64,000 nucleotides of DNA from a virus: IMG/VR virus record IMGVR_UViG_3300027861_000016, positions 1-64,000 of that record. One strand, 5' to 3'. Under the pieces are notes generated by a model. That model had not been told where the DNA came from. It made no database searches and saw only the letters and a program-made list of their open reading frames with translations. This document shows, in pieces, positions 29,116 through 40,336 of the stretch. A program made the translations under genes and the position numbers. How positions within the stretch are numbered: the stretch's first letter is position 1; every line of letters begins with the position of its first letter.

Positions 29116-32100
29116 TTATCTTCTATTTACTCGGAATAAGGTCTTTATAAAGTTTACTACGAATTTATTATCATTAGTGTTATTATATTTTAGATCTATA
29201 ATAGAATACTTACTTTTTATTCTATCATCACTAGCTCCTCTAGGAACAGACACTCTATATTCATTGTTCTTAAATTTACATTGTACTTGTGTACTAGGTA
29301 ATGTAGGATAGCCATTATCAATTACTATTTCCTTTTCAGATGTATCTTGTAAATCATTTGACATTTGAACTGTATCAAAAGTATCAAATGGTACATATTC
29401 TCCTAGATTAGAATAAGAATTAGTATTGAGTACTATGTTATCAAATACTTTAGTCACATCTATATTATCATTAACTATGAATCTAATAGTTGATTCTGCT
29501 CTAGTTGTATAATTTACTAATTCGGCAAAGTCTCCTTTAAGTCCATCATTAGTTTTATATAAAGAAACGGTTCCAGTATTACTAACCATATACAAATCAT
29601 TATCTATAGAGATGTAAGCATCTGGTCTATAGTCATGTTCTGATAACCAACAATCTCCTACAAATGAGAATGAATAAGTTAATCCTCCAAAAGAATCTTT
29701 CTTAGTAATTAAATATCTTTTAAGTTCAAAATCATAACTAGCTAAGATACCATACCCTGTATAAGGATTATCTATATAAACTCCTGACTCTACTAATCCT
29801 TTTTTTAATCCATTATTGAATACAGTTAACATTCCATTTCTAGACAGTTCTTGTAAGTCTCCTTGTTTAGATCCAGGTGTAAATATGAATACTTTACCTT
29901 GTAACGCATCTGGAAATATATATCCTCCAGGAGTATGAACACCTGCAAACTGAGATATAGTTCCTGCATATCCTCCTTTAAAGTCTGTACGTCTCTGAGC
30001 ATCAATAGTATAAGCATCTCCTGTTCCTAATATTACTTCAGATATATCACTAGATGTCATTGTAGAGTTATTCTTAGAGAACATTCTCCATAATGATTTA
30101 GGTGTGTGAGAATACAACGTATCATTATAAACAAATAGATCCCATATCTCTCCTGTATGTTTAGGAATATCTTGATAGTTATTTACAGGAAATTGTTTAT
30201 AGTTATCTACTATAGAATCCAATGATGAATTGTCTGAGTAAATAATTCTATCTTCAAAATCCCCTTGAATATTCCCTGATAATGATTTAGAGAAATAAGT
30301 CTTAATAGAATTCTCTATAGAATACTGAGGATTATAACTAATACATCTTCCTTTCTCAGTAGCTACTTTTAATGTTTCATAAGCAGTACTTTTAGGATAG
30401 TATCTAGTTTGTTGTTCATCCTCATCATTAAAGAACTCATGTCTAAAGTCACAGTTAATTCTGGATTCTAAAAATACTTCATATAAACACTTACTGTTAA
30501 TACCTAACTTATCTGGTTCACAATCATCATTAGCTTCTCCTCTAAATTGATAATCTTCATTACCTTCTTCATAAGGATGGTCACTATAATATGATGCCAT
30601 CATAGGTAATACATTCTTATTCTCAACAGAATAAGGAGTAATGAATACATCTCCCCCATAAATATTATTTATAGTAGTAGGTACAGTAGGAGGGTTATTA
30701 GATCTATAAGTTTCTATATATTCTGAATTAGGTAACTCTCCATATTGACCAGTAATGTCAGAAGATACTTCTAATATATTTAATGTAGCAGTAGATGTAC
30801 CTGTATATATTCCTAAATTTGATCTCTTTTCATTAGCATAATAATCAGAATCATTTCTTCTATCTTCATAATCATTAGCATCTATACTATCTGTTTTTGC
30901 TGAATAAGAAGCACTTAACGTTGTTTTAACTCTAGAGCCATTTCTAACATTATTATTGGTTCCTCCTGGAATACTTCCAGTTTTAAGTATATATGATTTT
31001 AATCCATTTAGATTATAAACATCTTCATCGAAACCTACCCCTTTAAAATCTCCAGAGTTAACTGTTACTGTTTTTTCAACTAAACATTCATCATCATATA
31101 CATCGAATTCATCATCATATAATGTAACACTTGATTCTTGAAAAGAACATCCTTGCCATAACTTAGGATTCTTTTTTAGTCTATGGTTAAAATAATCTAT
31201 ATTACCTGGAATACCTATTAACATAGCTTGCCACCATTCTCTTACTCTACTTACTCTAGTTGTAGATTTTAAGTATTTAGGATCAATTTGAAAGTTACCA
31301 GTCTTCCTGAAGAAATCATTAATATCTCCTTTTACTCCTAACTTAGCTTTGATCTTATTATTCTCAAATTTATCAACATCTAAAGAATTACCTAAAGTTA
31401 AATCTGGAGAATGAAAATTCAAAAGATCTCTTTTAATTCCTACAATGTCTAATACAAAATCTTTATTATTAGAATAGTTATCTCCTTTAAACTCAAAAGA
31501 ACCTAAATAAGGTTGAGGACAATAAGCTCTTGAAGCTGCTATTGTATTCCCATTACCCGGTTCATAGTTAGTAAATAGGTCCAACATCGGTAATCCTATT
31601 CCTTGAGCTAATATAGATTTATTACCTTCTTTCTCTCTACTCTCTCTAACTATAGAAAAGTTTTGAATATTGTCTACAAGATCCTGACTAAAAGGAATAG
31701 TAAATTCAGCTTCTAATCCAAGTATTCTTATATAGATCTCTGTAACTTCTTCATCTCCAACAGTTTCAGTAACCTTTCTAAAGTGAGGTTCTTGTTGTAA
31801 TGAAGGCATCTTATGGTGTCTAACATAAGTACCAACAAATCCCTGATCTAATGGATATTCAATATCTGATACATATGTTCCTAATTCTCCTTCTGTATTA
31901 CCCACAACTGTTCCAGGTGAATCAGGTATAGCTTCAATAGTAGTTCCTGTTATTTTATTATTTCCTGGAATATGGTAAGTATATGAATCAGATCCATCCT
32001 TGAATTTAGTTTTTATAGCATAAGAATATACTTCTTCTCTCTTATATCCTTTTCTATATGTTGTGAAGAACTCGTCTTTATAAGCTTGTGATTCATTATC

Positions 32101-33831
32101 TGCTAATATTCCAGTAATTTCATAATCTATTTCATTCTCTACTGATGCTTCTAATTGTGTAGTACTATATGATTTAGAACCATCCCAGTTTTTAATGTCA
32201 AATATTTGAAAATAGTATTCGGTATGTGTGTCATAATTAAAATAAGCATAAGCTTTATTTCCTTCTACTACAATATTTGTAGGAAGTATTTCCTTATCCT
32301 CTAGAGGAGTTCCCCCATCAATACCTGTAACAGTTAATTCTAAACTACCCGCTGTTGTAGTTATTGGGAAAGTTTCATCTCCTGGTCTTATGGTTACCAT
32401 TGTTACCAGACCTCCTAGAGAACTACCTCCAAAATTAAAGACTGTCCCTAGTCTACTATTTTCCATAACAGTCTTTAAAGTTATGGTAGTTGCATTTATA
32501 TCTACTCCTATTAATACATCATTAGAATTAACAACACTTGTCACAAAGGTGAAGATCTCACCGTCTACTGTAATAGTATCATTTTCAAGAGTAGCAATAT
32601 CTAATATTGTTATAGACCCAGAAGATCCTCCTACTTCATAAGCTTTAATAGAATCTAATAAAGGTTCTAGTTCTACATTATCTGTAAATGTAAATCCTAC
32701 AGTATTGGGGAAGTATTCTGTTTCTTCTGCTTTCCATATACCAACTAAATTAAAGTCCCCAACATTCTTATTAGAATATCTATAAGGAACTTCTTCTATC
32801 TTATATCTTAGATTAATGTTATTAGCTATATTCTGTAGCTCATCATCAAATTGATTAGTAGCTTCACTTAGATTTCCAAGTATTAGTCTATTATCTAATT
32901 GTTCTATACACTTAGCTTTATTATAACTAATCAATACTTCTCTTACTTCCTCTAATGGAATTTCTTCATCTTCTAATCCAATACCTGTAAAGTTATAGAT
33001 GCTAGTAGTAGCTGTTAATTCTTTAGGAGGCAAAGCATATGATTTTAATACATTACCATCATCAGTGTATCTATGAGCTATTAATTGATATTGTTTATAA
33101 TCTTGATCAAGATTAGTTAAGTTTATCTTTATAGATTTTGATACTACAGTAGTAGTAGTATTACCATCCTTCTCTTTTCTTTTAGCTCCTACAGCTTCAT
33201 CTACAATTGGTACAGGTTGAGTTGTACCTAACATAATAGTATTAGATAAATCCTCTTTTACATATCTTAATGAAAACTGATAAGTACCACAATATAGTTC
33301 TCCTCCTCCTTGAATAATTTCAGAAGGTACGATGAATGGCTCATCAAGATCAGCAATCAATTTACTATTCTCTTCCAAACTATCATCTTCAGGAGGATTA
33401 TCTAAATTGACAGAACCAAAAGGTACATTGTCATCTGTATAATATAATACTCTTTCCCCTGCATAAGTCTTCTTAGCTACACAATCTACTGGATGATCTG
33501 TTGTAAAGCCTAATTGAGACCCTAAATCATCAGAAGGTGCAATTCTAGTATAAGTCTTATTATAGTCGATTATTCCCACCTGAGAATAGCCCAGATCACT
33601 TGCTAGTACTACTATTATATCATTGTTAAGAACAGTTTGTCCCATTAGTTTAAATCCAGAAGGGAATGATACTCTTTGATTAATTACACCATTCTCATTT
33701 ATTAAAGAATAGGTATCTCCATCCTCAGATATTTGAACCCAATGTTTCAATTCCTTTGCTGTATTCTTAGGTTGAAATAAAGGATTACTATCTTTATTAA
33801 TACCTTTATTAAATTGGTTTACACTTTCCAT
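29116..33831 (-). CDS. Tail stabilisation / muzzle protein (P22 gp10-like)
   Basis: 1571 aa; N-terminal 'NQFNKGINKD', 'NRLILGNL', 'GYKREEVYSYAI', C-terminal 'KVFDNI...RIKSKY'; crAss-like synteny. Confidence 0.8.
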   Translation of the reverse strand: MESVNQFNKGINKDSNPLFQPKNTAKELKHWVQISEDGDTYSLINENGVINQRVSFPSGFKLMGQTVLNNDIIVVLASDLGYSQVGIIDYNKTYTRIAPSDDLGSQLGFTTDHPVDCVAKKTYAGERVLYYTDDNVPFGSVNLDNPPEDDSLEENSKLIADLDEPFIVPSEIIQGGGELYCGTYQFSLRYVKEDLSNTIMLGTTQPVPIVDEAVGAKRKEKDGNTTTTVVSKSIKINLTNLDQDYKQYQLIAHRYTDDGNVLKSYALPPKELTATTSIYNFTGIGLEDEEIPLEEVREVLISYNKAKCIEQLDNRLILGNLSEATNQFDDELQNIANNINLRYKIEEVPYRYSNKNVGDFNLVGIWKAEETEYFPNTVGFTFTDNVELEPLLDSIKAYEVGGSSGSITILDIATLENDTITVDGEIFTFVTSVVNSNDVLIGVDINATTITLKTVMENSRLGTVFNFGGSSLGGLVTMVTIRPGDETFPITTTAGSLELTVTGIDGGTPLEDKEILPTNIVVEGNKAYAYFNYDTHTEYYFQIFDIKNWDGSKSYSTTQLEASVENEIDYEITGILADNESQAYKDEFFTTYRKGYKREEVYSYAIKTKFKDGSDSYTYHIPGNNKITGTTIEAIPDSPGTVVGNTEGELGTYVSDIEYPLDQGFVGTYVRHHKMPSLQQEPHFRKVTETVGDEEVTEIYIRILGLEAEFTIPFSQDLVDNIQNFSIVRESREKEGNKSILAQGIGLPMLDLFTNYEPGNGNTIAASRAYCPQPYLGSFEFKGDNYSNNKDFVLDIVGIKRDLLNFHSPDLTLGNSLDVDKFENNKIKAKLGVKGDINDFFRKTGNFQIDPKYLKSTTRVSRVREWWQAMLIGIPGNIDYFNHRLKKNPKLWQGCSFQESSVTLYDDEFDVYDDECLVEKTVTVNSGDFKGVGFDEDVYNLNGLKSYILKTGSIPGGTNNNVRNGSRVKTTLSASYSAKTDSIDANDYEDRRNDSDYYANEKRSNLGIYTGTSTATLNILEVSSDITGQYGELPNSEYIETYRSNNPPTVPTTINNIYGGDVFITPYSVENKNVLPMMASYYSDHPYEEGNEDYQFRGEANDDCEPDKLGINSKCLYEVFLESRINCDFRHEFFNDEDEQQTRYYPKSTAYETLKVATEKGRCISYNPQYSIENSIKTYFSKSLSGNIQGDFEDRIIYSDNSSLDSIVDNYKQFPVNNYQDIPKHTGEIWDLFVYNDTLYSHTPKSLWRMFSKNNSTMTSSDISEVILGTGDAYTIDAQRRTDFKGGYAGTISQFAGVHTPGGYIFPDALQGKVFIFTPGSKQGDLQELSRNGMLTVFNNGLKKGLVESGVYIDNPYTGYGILASYDFELKRYLITKKDSFGGLTYSFSFVGDCWLSEHDYRPDAYISIDNDLYMVSNTGTVSLYKTNDGLKGDFAELVNYTTRAESTIRFIVNDNIDVTKVFDNIVLNTNSYSNLGEYVPFDTFDTVQMSNDLQDTSEKEIVIDNGYPTLPSTQVQCKFKNNEYRVSVPRGASDDRIKSKYSIIDLKYNNTNDNKFVVNFIKTLFRVNRR

Positions 33832-33832
33832 A

Positions 33833-34690
33833 TTATCTTCTTCCGTCTAAATCTAAATTCTGTGCTAATCCTATATCTGTATAATCAGTAAGTGAAGCAG
33901 ATACATCTCTTACTTGTCTCCAAAGAATATTCTTTAAGTTCTCTATTTGATGTACATCAGGCATGTTAGCATAAGATCTTGCTTGTCCACAATACTTTTC
34001 CCACATCTGTCTACAGTATTCCATATCCCTCATTCTCTGGTTAGGAAGCATATCAGGATTTCTCATAGATATATGATAGGCTATATTCCAAAACATAGCT
34101 TCTCTAAATCCCACATCATCTGGAACTAATGGATAACCTTGTTCATCTGTAGGTATTCCTATATATTGTACAGTTATTTTACCTGTCTCGAAACCCATGT
34201 TAATTTTATTGGCTTGGATGTTATAGTCTAGATCAGTAATAGAATTACTCTTAACATCACCAAATAAATGTTTATTATATTTCAAAGACTGAGGTCTTTG
34301 TGAGCTAGCTCCAGCCATCATCCTAGGTTTAGCAGGATTTAGTATCAAGTTCTGATCATAAATGTTTAATGAACTAAAATCTCCTCCTGACTTCTCTACT
34401 ATCTCTTGATAGGTACAATCATAGAATGTTTTATCACAACAAGAATCATCTTGTTTACATCCTACTTGTAATCTAACTAGTTTATATAGATCACAAGGTA
34501 ATATTCCAGAATAGTCTGTAATATCTACAACAGCCTCCATTTCTTTAAATTGAGCATAAGCTCCAATTTGTAATAAAGCATCAGCTACCCATTCTACAAA
34601 ATCTTGGTAAGGAATATCTTGATTACCTAATCCAAGATCTCTTACGATCTTTGATATTACTACATTAATACTTTCTAATTTATATATCAT
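33833..34690 (-). CDS. Tail ring / tubular protein (P22 gp4-like)
   Basis: 285 aa; 'VISKIVRDLG..EWVADAL..IG', 'LPCDL', 'PTDEQGYPLVPD'. Confidence 0.7.
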   Translation of the reverse strand: MIYKLESINVVISKIVRDLGLGNQDIPYQDFVEWVADALLQIGAYAQFKEMEAVVDITDYSGILPCDLYKLVRLQVGCKQDDSCCDKTFYDCTYQEIVEKSGGDFSSLNIYDQNLILNPAKPRMMAGASSQRPQSLKYNKHLFGDVKSNSITDLDYNIQANKINMGFETGKITVQYIGIPTDEQGYPLVPDDVGFREAMFWNIAYHISMRNPDMLPNQRMRDMEYCRQMWEKYCGQARSYANMPDVHQIENLKNILWRQVRDVSASLTDYTDIGLAQNLDLDGRR

Positions 34691-35103
34691 CTTATGTAAT
34701 TTTTATATCCATTCTTAATAAACCATTTACGCATCATTTGGACAGCAGGTTCTCTAACATATATTCTCCAGTTTCTATGTCTTTTCCAAGTCTTATTCTT
34801 TCGTAAGTTTATTCTTGGAGCCATGTCATCTGTCTCTGGACTAGTTTGTATAACTACATCTCCAGGAACAGTTTCTTGCCAGTTAATACAACTCATCTTT
34901 CTAGCGTGCATGTGTAATACTCCTACAGGAAGTCTAACCTTCTTCATATGAACAATTACATCTTCCATAACCATTTGAATAAAGTCTTCAAATATATCCT
35001 GTCTTTCAAAAGAATGTACTCCTTTAACTCCTTCCTTTTTATAAGATTCTGTATAGAATTTATTATAGCCTTTATGATGTCTATTCCAACTATATTTTAT
35101 CAT
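34687..35103 (-). CDS. IHF/HU-like DNA-binding protein
   Basis: 138 aa, basic; 'VRLPVGVL..ARK...INWQET'; conserved position between ring genes in crAss-like phages. Confidence 0.5.
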   Translation of the reverse strand: MIKYSWNRHHKGYNKFYTESYKKEGVKGVHSFERQDIFEDFIQMVMEDVIVHMKKVRLPVGVLHMHARKMSCINWQETVPGDVVIQTSPETDDMAPRINLRKNKTWKRHRNWRIYVREPAVQMMRKWFIKNGYKNYIR

Positions 35104-35795
35104 TTAGTTGTTATATTAGATGTCTCACTTAAAGCATTATTAGTTGTATCTGTTTGATTTACAGGTACTCTCAATTCAGAATCCATAATCATTTTAAATA
35201 ATGTATCTTCTAAATGAGCAGGGATTGGATATTCAAAGTCATAACCTGTATCTGAACATTGCTCATTATTCTGAGAACAATCACAAGTTCTAAATTCTTC
35301 TGCTATTTGAGGATCTTCAAAGATACCTTGAATGTTAATATAACTCAACATTATGTTAGGTACATTAACTAGATAGATATATCCATTTTGATAATAGTAT
35401 CCCGGAGACTTAGCTGTGTACTTATTAAACTGTTTCCAATATGCAGAATTTGCATTATACCTTTGGAAAGGAGTACCGTTAATCAACCCAACAAAAGATA
35501 AATTCAATCCTATATTAGATTCTAATGGTTTAGGTATTTTAAGTTTAGTTCTAAGAGTACAGTTCTCTATCTCACAACATTCATTCTTATCAAACTTGTC
35601 TACATCTAGTTTACCTAAGTTCTGAATATATAGATCTTTTATTCCTTTACTCTTCTCTTGTTCTTGCTTTATTAACTTAGCTCTATAGTAATTTATAATA
35701 TGTGCCAGTTGGGAATCTGATAAGTTAATATCATCAGATTGAATACCACCACTATATAAATTCTTTATGTTATATATAATTTTTGATAATAGCAT
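35100..35795 (-). CDS. Tail ring protein
   Basis: 231 aa; 'SDD..LSDSQL..IINYYRAKLI', 'GIFEDP', 'EYPIP'. Confidence 0.7.
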   Translation of the reverse strand: MLLSKIIYNIKNLYSGGIQSDDINLSDSQLAHIINYYRAKLIKQEQEKSKGIKDLYIQNLGKLDVDKFDKNECCEIENCTLRTKLKIPKPLESNIGLNLSFVGLINGTPFQRYNANSAYWKQFNKYTAKSPGYYYQNGYIYLVNVPNIMLSYINIQGIFEDPQIAEEFRTCDCSQNNEQCSDTGYDFEYPIPAHLEDTLFKMIMDSELRVPVNQTDTTNNALSETSNITTK

Positions 35796-35833
35796 ACTTT
35801 ACATTTTATAGATTATACTCATAAAAGCAAAAA

Positions 35834-35857
35834 GGGTTCTAAAATTAATTAGAACCC
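35834..35857 (-). terminator. Intrinsic terminator after auxiliary capsid gene
   Basis: 9-bp stem GGGTTCTAA/TTAGAACCC, 6-nt loop, followed by TTTTTGCTTTT on the minus strand. Confidence 0.8.
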
Positions 35858-35896
35858 CCAATGAAAAATATATTAATAAACTAAAACAGAGCCATA

Positions 35897-37213
35897 TTAT
35901 ACATCCAAATTCAATGCTGTAAATCCTAATACTCCATTGAAGTATGAATTCATAATAGCTGCAAAGCTATCGCCAGTATCTTCATCAGACTGAGCAAGAC
36001 CAGTTGGAATATAAACAGTTGCTCTTTGAGGAGCAGGCATTGGTCGACCAAAATCTCCAGGAATCATATTCTCATACTCAATTGTAATTGAATCATATCC
36101 AACAGTGTCACTAACCAATGATACAGGTTTTTTATGCCAGTAATCAGTCTTAGCATGCCATCCAGCAAATGTTTGTGCTTCACGTTCAGCAGCTCTTACT
36201 TGTCTATAGTAACCATTTCCTGCGAAAGGATTAGTAGCATAAGTAATTGTAGCAGCAGCATCTAATGCACTTTCTTTTCCCATCTGAGCAAAAGTTGCTT
36301 CAAATCTTGTAACAGAATATCTATCGTAATCTTCTAGTAATGGTTCAATTGGTAAACCTGTAAGTTTGATACCAAAGCCAGGAGCAGTAACTATAGCAGC
36401 GGCACTTATTTGTGTTAGTAAAGTATCTACAATTGTAGCACTAGTACCCACATAAGGTGTATCTAAAGTCATAGTGTCAGCAGCATCGTTAATACTTGCT
36501 ATTTTATAAACAGCATTAGTATCTGCTGTAGCTCCAGCACCAATAACAATATAAGCTCCTACTATTAATTTAGCTCCTCCACCTGTAACATCATCAATAT
36601 TACCGTTACAAACAACAACGTTTGAACCTTTTACAAAATCAAAGCTTGTAGTAGCTGTTCCTAATACAGTTTTAGCAGCATCTGATACTCTTTCAGCAAT
36701 TACATAAGGATTAGCCCCTACAGAATTTGCATAAAAATCATCTACTAATTTACCTGCAATTGTTTCTTGTGTTACACTAGTACTACCAGTAGAAGCATAA
36801 GAATCAAAGAACCAAGGTCCACGAGGACTAAGTACTTTTGCACCTTTGAACACTACTCTTAATCTGAATTCTTCATCAGCAGTTGTTGGAAGTGAAGTCC
36901 CCGATCCCGTAACACCGTCAAATCCTACATAAGCTACTTGTTCTACTGGAGCATCGTATTTATTACCCAAGTATGTATTTACATCAACTCCTTTGATAGG
37001 CATTGATAAGATTGCTTTACCATTTTCAAAGCAAGAAACGATTTGTACTGTATCATTTTTAGTCAAAGCAGCAGCTTTAGCATCAGTATTAATTAATGCA
37101 CTACCTTTGATTAAAAAAAGATCTCCTTTTTCTATTGTTTGTAATGTGGTTGCTGCGCTATTAACACCATCACCAATAAGTACCTGAGGTACTCTCTTTG
37201 TATTCTTTCCCAT
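35897..37213 (-). CDS. Auxiliary capsid (decoration) protein
   Basis: 438 aa; 'GNGYYRQVRAAE' and 'YDSITIEY' motifs; crAss-like synteny; followed by its own terminator. Confidence 0.65.
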   Translation of the reverse strand: MGKNTKRVPQVLIGDGVNSAATTLQTIEKGDLFLIKGSALINTDAKAAALTKNDTVQIVSCFENGKAILSMPIKGVDVNTYLGNKYDAPVEQVAYVGFDGVTGSGTSLPTTADEEFRLRVVFKGAKVLSPRGPWFFDSYASTGSTSVTQETIAGKLVDDFYANSVGANPYVIAERVSDAAKTVLGTATTSFDFVKGSNVVVCNGNIDDVTGGGAKLIVGAYIVIGAGATADTNAVYKIASINDAADTMTLDTPYVGTSATIVDTLLTQISAAAIVTAPGFGIKLTGLPIEPLLEDYDRYSVTRFEATFAQMGKESALDAAATITYATNPFAGNGYYRQVRAAEREAQTFAGWHAKTDYWHKKPVSLVSDTVGYDSITIEYENMIPGDFGRPMPAPQRATVYIPTGLAQSDEDTGDSFAAIMNSYFNGVLGFTALNLDV

Positions 37214-37235
37214 CTTCTTTTTAATTTAGGGGTTA

Positions 37236-37949
37236 TTATTCAATTGTATTTAAGTTATTCTGATAAGTATTTCCTCTTGGAGATTCTAAAACTTCTATAG
37301 CATCTTTGACAGCCATCTTCACTATTTCTTCATGAGTGTGCTCTGGTAAATCAAATTCTACTATTGGTCCCCGTGTAATGTCTACGTTTACTCTAGCAGG
37401 TTGTTTTAGAAATGTTAATTTAAAATTATCTATTGTATTAGTTTCTGCACATTTAACAAAAATATCACCACTTTCAAAGTAAAGTATTACTCTATCTTTA
37501 GTTGGTTTATTAAATGGATCTTTTAAGACCTTGTTTAAATCATCTTGTTGAATCTGTTTACACTCTTTATATTTCAATCCACAATTAATATCATTTACTA
37601 ATGCTCTACTTTTTAAATAGAACCAATAGACTTCATCAACACTAACTTGTTTTTCCTCATCACTAAATAATGTAGAAGTACTAATTCTATATGTATTATC
37701 TTCATAAGGAACTTCTGTTAGTTCTGGGAACCTAGTTACAACTAATGTACGTAAATCATCAGTACGTTTTTGAATCTCTTCAAACCCAGCACGATAGACA
37801 TTATTCTTTCCGTATCTAGTCTTTGCAAATTCATCAGATGCGTTCTGTAAAAATATATCTATTTCTAAAGAACTAACCTCTGCATAACTTTCAGAGGCTA
37901 GTTTATCTAAATAGATCTTGAACATTCTATGTGCTTCGGTTAATGTCAT
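37236..37949 (-). CDS. Tail ring/adaptor protein
   Basis: 237 aa; 'EIDIFL', 'GFEEIQKRTDDLRTLV', 'LPEHTHEEIVKMAV'. Confidence 0.7.
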   Translation of the reverse strand: MTLTEAHRMFKIYLDKLASESYAEVSSLEIDIFLQNASDEFAKTRYGKNNVYRAGFEEIQKRTDDLRTLVVTRFPELTEVPYEDNTYRISTSTLFSDEEKQVSVDEVYWFYLKSRALVNDINCGLKYKECKQIQQDDLNKVLKDPFNKPTKDRVILYFESGDIFVKCAETNTIDNFKLTFLKQPARVNVDITRGPIVEFDLPEHTHEEIVKMAVKDAIEVLESPRGNTYQNNLNTIE

Positions 37950-38767
37950 TTAACTGTTTTATACTGAGTTTCTATAGCTTGTTTAATCTTAGAATTCTTT
38001 TTATCTAATATGAATCTTGCTACTTGTTCAAGTGTTAATCCTAAAGAGTTACCTTCATATAATAGTTCTTGATCAAATGTTGGTTTAGCAGATCCTTTTT
38101 GAAGTACTCCAGCATTTACATATCTAATCACTGTAGCTTTTGATTTATAAATCTCATCATTAAGTAGATTAATAAATACAGCAGGATTCTCTTCCATTTT
38201 ATCTCCAAGTTCCTTTTTAATTGTATCTGGAACCATGTTCTGAAGAATAGTTAATGACTTACCATATAATGATAAAGCATCTTTCATATCATTCTCAGAT
38301 AATGTATTGAAGATTCCATAAGCAGTACCAATTAAATCTCTACGTTTGTTTTGTGTACTAGCTTCAATTTGTTCAGAAAGTAATATATAAATATATTTAT
38401 GAGGTGCTTTTGCATATTCTATTTTAGAATTAGCTATACCTTTATCTGCTTTTAATATCTTAATTCTTAATCTATCTAAAGGTTGATTGTCATCTAAAGA
38501 CAAACCTTGATCTGGTACATCTATTTTAAATAGATCCCACCAAGAACTATTTGCTTTTAATTGTCCTTGATTTAGTTGTAGTTCTTTTTCAAACTGTTCA
38601 CGTTCTTTTACGGATTCATCTGTGTGATCAAAACTTGTATTTAATGATCCACTTTTACCCATACATAATGAATAAGTAGAATTGCAATTACCAAATGATT
38701 TCATCTGTTTGCCATTCTTTCTTATTGGCCCACCTATTACAGGAGGTATTTCTAATTTATAATTCAT
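37946..38767 (-). CDS. Conserved crAss-like protein downstream of the major capsid gene
   Basis: 273 aa; 'SWWD.FKI...LSLD...PLD' pattern; synteny. Confidence 0.6.
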   Translation of the reverse strand: MNYKLEIPPVIGGPIRKNGKQMKSFGNCNSTYSLCMGKSGSLNTSFDHTDESVKEREQFEKELQLNQGQLKANSSWWDLFKIDVPDQGLSLDDNQPLDRLRIKILKADKGIANSKIEYAKAPHKYIYILLSEQIEASTQNKRRDLIGTAYGIFNTLSENDMKDALSLYGKSLTILQNMVPDTIKKELGDKMEENPAVFINLLNDEIYKSKATVIRYVNAGVLQKGSAKPTFDQELLYEGNSLGLTLEQVARFILDKKNSKIKQAIETQYKTVK

Positions 38768-38802
38768 TTTCTTTTCTGTTTAGCTCTTATTAATATTCAA
38801 AG

Positions 38803-38830
38803 AAAGTAGGAGAAATTAATCTCCTACTTT
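38803..38830 (-). terminator. Intrinsic terminator after major capsid gene
   Basis: 11-bp perfect stem AAAGTAGGAGA/TCTCCTACTTT, 6-nt loop, T-rich tail. Confidence 0.8.
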
Positions 38831-38836
38831 TATAAT

Positions 38837-40306
38837 TTAGTCTACTCTTAAAATCAATTCTCCACAAGTTGTTGGATCTTGAATCTGAACACCAAACTCA
38901 GAAAGCCAATGTGTTTCATATCCATCATAACCAGTTGCTCTTGATGTACCGCCTGTAGCAATACCTGATGTTGGACTTTGTGAACCTTCAACATGCCACA
39001 TTAAGTTCTTACCATTCTTCATTACTACTTTTCGAATGTTAGATTTCATATCTTTAGAACCCATGTTCAAGATAGTATATCTATAAGACTCTACAGGATA
39101 ACCTGTTACTGGATGTTTCTTTCTGAAACGTTGAGTATCATCATATGGAGGAAACTCTTTAACAGTTACTTTAATACCATTCTGTAATACAACAGAAGTA
39201 TAGTAACCACTCAATGTGATATTATCGCCATTGAACTTCAAGAAGGAAGCATCATTCTTAACAATGTTTCTATCATCTGATTCTTTAGAGATAGCATTAT
39301 GGAAAGCTCTAATTCCTTGCTTACCTGTTAACATGATAAACTCAGCATTTCCACCCCATTCTTTAATCTTATATGATAACATTGTAAAGTAATCATCAAT
39401 TCTAGCATAAGTAAGCTCGCCAGTATAATAAGAAATGTTACTCTTAGCAATTTGTTGTCTAACTCCTGCACCTTCATATGCTGGACGACCATTGTTATCT
39501 TTATCTAGTACATGACCTTCTGGGTTCTTGTTGTATGTAGAATACATCAATACTTTATCCATCTCAGCATGCCAGTTTTGGATAGCTACTAATTCTTGAT
39601 GATTAGTCCACAACTTAGTTGTTTTAGTTGGGTCATTAGGATTAGGTAATTCCATAACCATTACAGCATCACTAGCAGATCTAGTACAACCAATAGTCTT
39701 ACGATAGATACCTAAAATATTCTTCATACCATAAGGAGTATGATAAACATCAGAGTTACCTCTCATTGATCCTTCACCAACTAAAGTATAATCTTTAGAC
39801 CATTGTGCATCTGTATCAAGGAATTCAACTGGACAGAATCCATCAAAACCTCCACCGTGTACAACAGCAGTATAAATTACAGCTTCACCATCTTTAACAC
39901 CATCATCAGTTAATCTGATTCTAGTAATAGCATCATCAGCTACTAAAATATCATTTTCACCATACCAATCTCTATCCAAGATAATACGGAAGAAAGTACC
40001 ATTGATACCAGGTTGAGACGCATCATTAATGTAATCAGGTGATTTAACTAATACATTAGAGATCTCTTCATCTTTTGTATAGATGTCCCATTCGTACTCA
40101 TTCGAATCTACTTCACGTACAGCACCCATTCCGCCTGTAAGGTATTCAAAAATATTGATACCTTGATGTCCCATCATTTGGGCCATTACTGGTTCAATTA
40201 TTTGTGGCTTAGTCAAGTAAGCGTTTGCAAGCATATTGGTTTCTCCAAGTCCGTGGAAATCCGTAGACCTTTTAAACTGCAATACACTATTCATGTCTTG
40301 TTGCAT
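38837..40306 (-). CDS. Major capsid protein (HK97 fold)
   Basis: 489 aa; 'EYEWD', 'GAGVRQQI', 'MLTGKQG...F', 'HPVTGYPVESYR', 'DPTTCGEL' crAss MCP motifs. Confidence 0.9.
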   Translation of the reverse strand: MQQDMNSVLQFKRSTDFHGLGETNMLANAYLTKPQIIEPVMAQMMGHQGINIFEYLTGGMGAVREVDSNEYEWDIYTKDEEISNVLVKSPDYINDASQPGINGTFFRIILDRDWYGENDILVADDAITRIRLTDDGVKDGEAVIYTAVVHGGGFDGFCPVEFLDTDAQWSKDYTLVGEGSMRGNSDVYHTPYGMKNILGIYRKTIGCTRSASDAVMVMELPNPNDPTKTTKLWTNHQELVAIQNWHAEMDKVLMYSTYNKNPEGHVLDKDNNGRPAYEGAGVRQQIAKSNISYYTGELTYARIDDYFTMLSYKIKEWGGNAEFIMLTGKQGIRAFHNAISKESDDRNIVKNDASFLKFNGDNITLSGYYTSVVLQNGIKVTVKEFPPYDDTQRFRKKHPVTGYPVESYRYTILNMGSKDMKSNIRKVVMKNGKNLMWHVEGSQSPTSGIATGGTSRATGYDGYETHWLSEFGVQIQDPTTCGELILRVD

Positions 40307-40336
40307 AATCTATTTAATTTAGTTGTTATTTAATTT

